Assembly: GCA_051362555.1 (NCBI GenBank)
Contig: CM120649.1
Coordinates: 7,626,001-7,690,000, forward strand
Reading direction: 5' to 3'
DNA from: Lingula anatina
Taxonomy: Eukaryota > Animalia > Brachiopoda
DNA: 64,000 nt
A model generated the notes under the pieces. That model did no database searches, had not been told where the DNA came from, and worked only from the letters and a program-made list of their open reading frames with translations. Shown here one piece after another: positions 63,035 through 64,000 of the stretch. How positions within the stretch are numbered: the first letter of the stretch is position 1; each line of letters starts with the position of its first letter. Both the position numbers and the translations under genes were made by a program.

Positions 63035-64000
63035 AATCTAATGCAGCTTACAAATTTAAAAAAGAAGAGAGTTTTAAAAAAAGAAGAGAGATCGATCTTT
63101 TTACTAGGCCTACTACATAGAGCTTTTTCACCGCATTCAAACCTATACATTATTTATGTCTCCTCATTAACCCGACTGCCAGTTTTACACGTCCCTTCAA
63201 ACTGTTAAAAAGTGCTTACGTTTCCTGTAAGCGTTAACCATAATGTAAAACCTTTTGTGATGTTATGCCGAAATGACATGAGGGAAGTTCAAATATCCAG
63301 AACATCTGTCTGGTAGGCCTATGGGTATAAAAATCGCATCGTATCGTACGTTGTTTAACCTTAGGGATTAAAATCCTGCGGGTGTGCGCAGGAGAATGCA
63401 TCCGCCTTCGTCTCTATTTAGATTCTCTGACCTTTTTCATCCTAGAATACCTGGTGACCAATATTTGCACCCTCATCATCTAGAAAACAACCGCGTGGGG
63501 GTCAGTGTGTCATCAAGCACCGCCAACACAATATGACACCAGGCGAGGAGTGAGGTAGACAAATGTTAAGTTTTCAAACAATCTATTCTTCTAATAGATG
63601 TTCTTTCTGTTTTTTTGTTATTTATGGCACGTTTAAAGTGAAATAGGACTTTAAAGCTATCCTCAGATTGTTTACAATGAAGATTTTTTTATCCTTCTCT
63701 GTATTTTATTTTCTAATCTCTCTAAAGCAGCTAACGGAAAAGAATGCACGGGAAAGCTCGTTTGAAAGGTAGGGCAATGATTTTATTGCAAAATACGAGG
63801 TCAAAAGAAGTCGACAACTTCATTGATGAAGAGTTTTTGTCCTCACTGATGAAGTATCTTTGTCTATCCTTTGCCTTTCAAAACATCACGCTACAATTTG
63901 TCTATGATTTCGTTTCAAATTTTGTTTGTTCTTTAAAATGGCCATGATGTTGTTTTACCTTTCGAGTCCCCCGGTTTGTTCTCAAATAAAGTATATTTTA

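Noticed and set aside
63744-63947. 67-aa ORF at the window end
   Set aside because: No recognisable motif or exon structure; cannot be supported.

Overview
Eukaryotic (metazoan) genomic DNA with GT-AG spliceosomal introns. Compact genes, abundant MITEs and mosaic CpG depletion suggest an invertebrate, possibly a lophotrochozoan (inference). Seven protein-coding genes can be reconstructed by hand: an SLC16/MCT-family transporter (+, 367-3356), two tandem paralogous C2H2 zinc-finger genes (-, 6966-8606 and 11545-13293), a 4-finger C2H2 transcription factor with two candidate first exons (-, 19547-22611 or -23128), RNF7/RBX2 (-, 31544-35733) head-to-head with a 43-exon VWA8 (+, 35893-59373), and a Sulfotransfer_2-family carbohydrate sulfotransferase (+, 61534-63034). 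Several non-autonomous DNA transposons have readable TIRs/TSDs, and a Helentron-associated (HINE-like) element fills most of an RNF7 intron. The two most unusual patterns: (1) repeated local duplication of exon ends together with their splice sites throughout VWA8; (2) a 24-nt in-frame repeat of SUMO-consensus VKQE motifs that continues past the zinc-finger stop codon, with units alternating TAG and TGG. No prokaryotic systems, CRISPR arrays, tRNA or rRNA genes were recognised. All coordinates were read by eye and may be off by a few bases.
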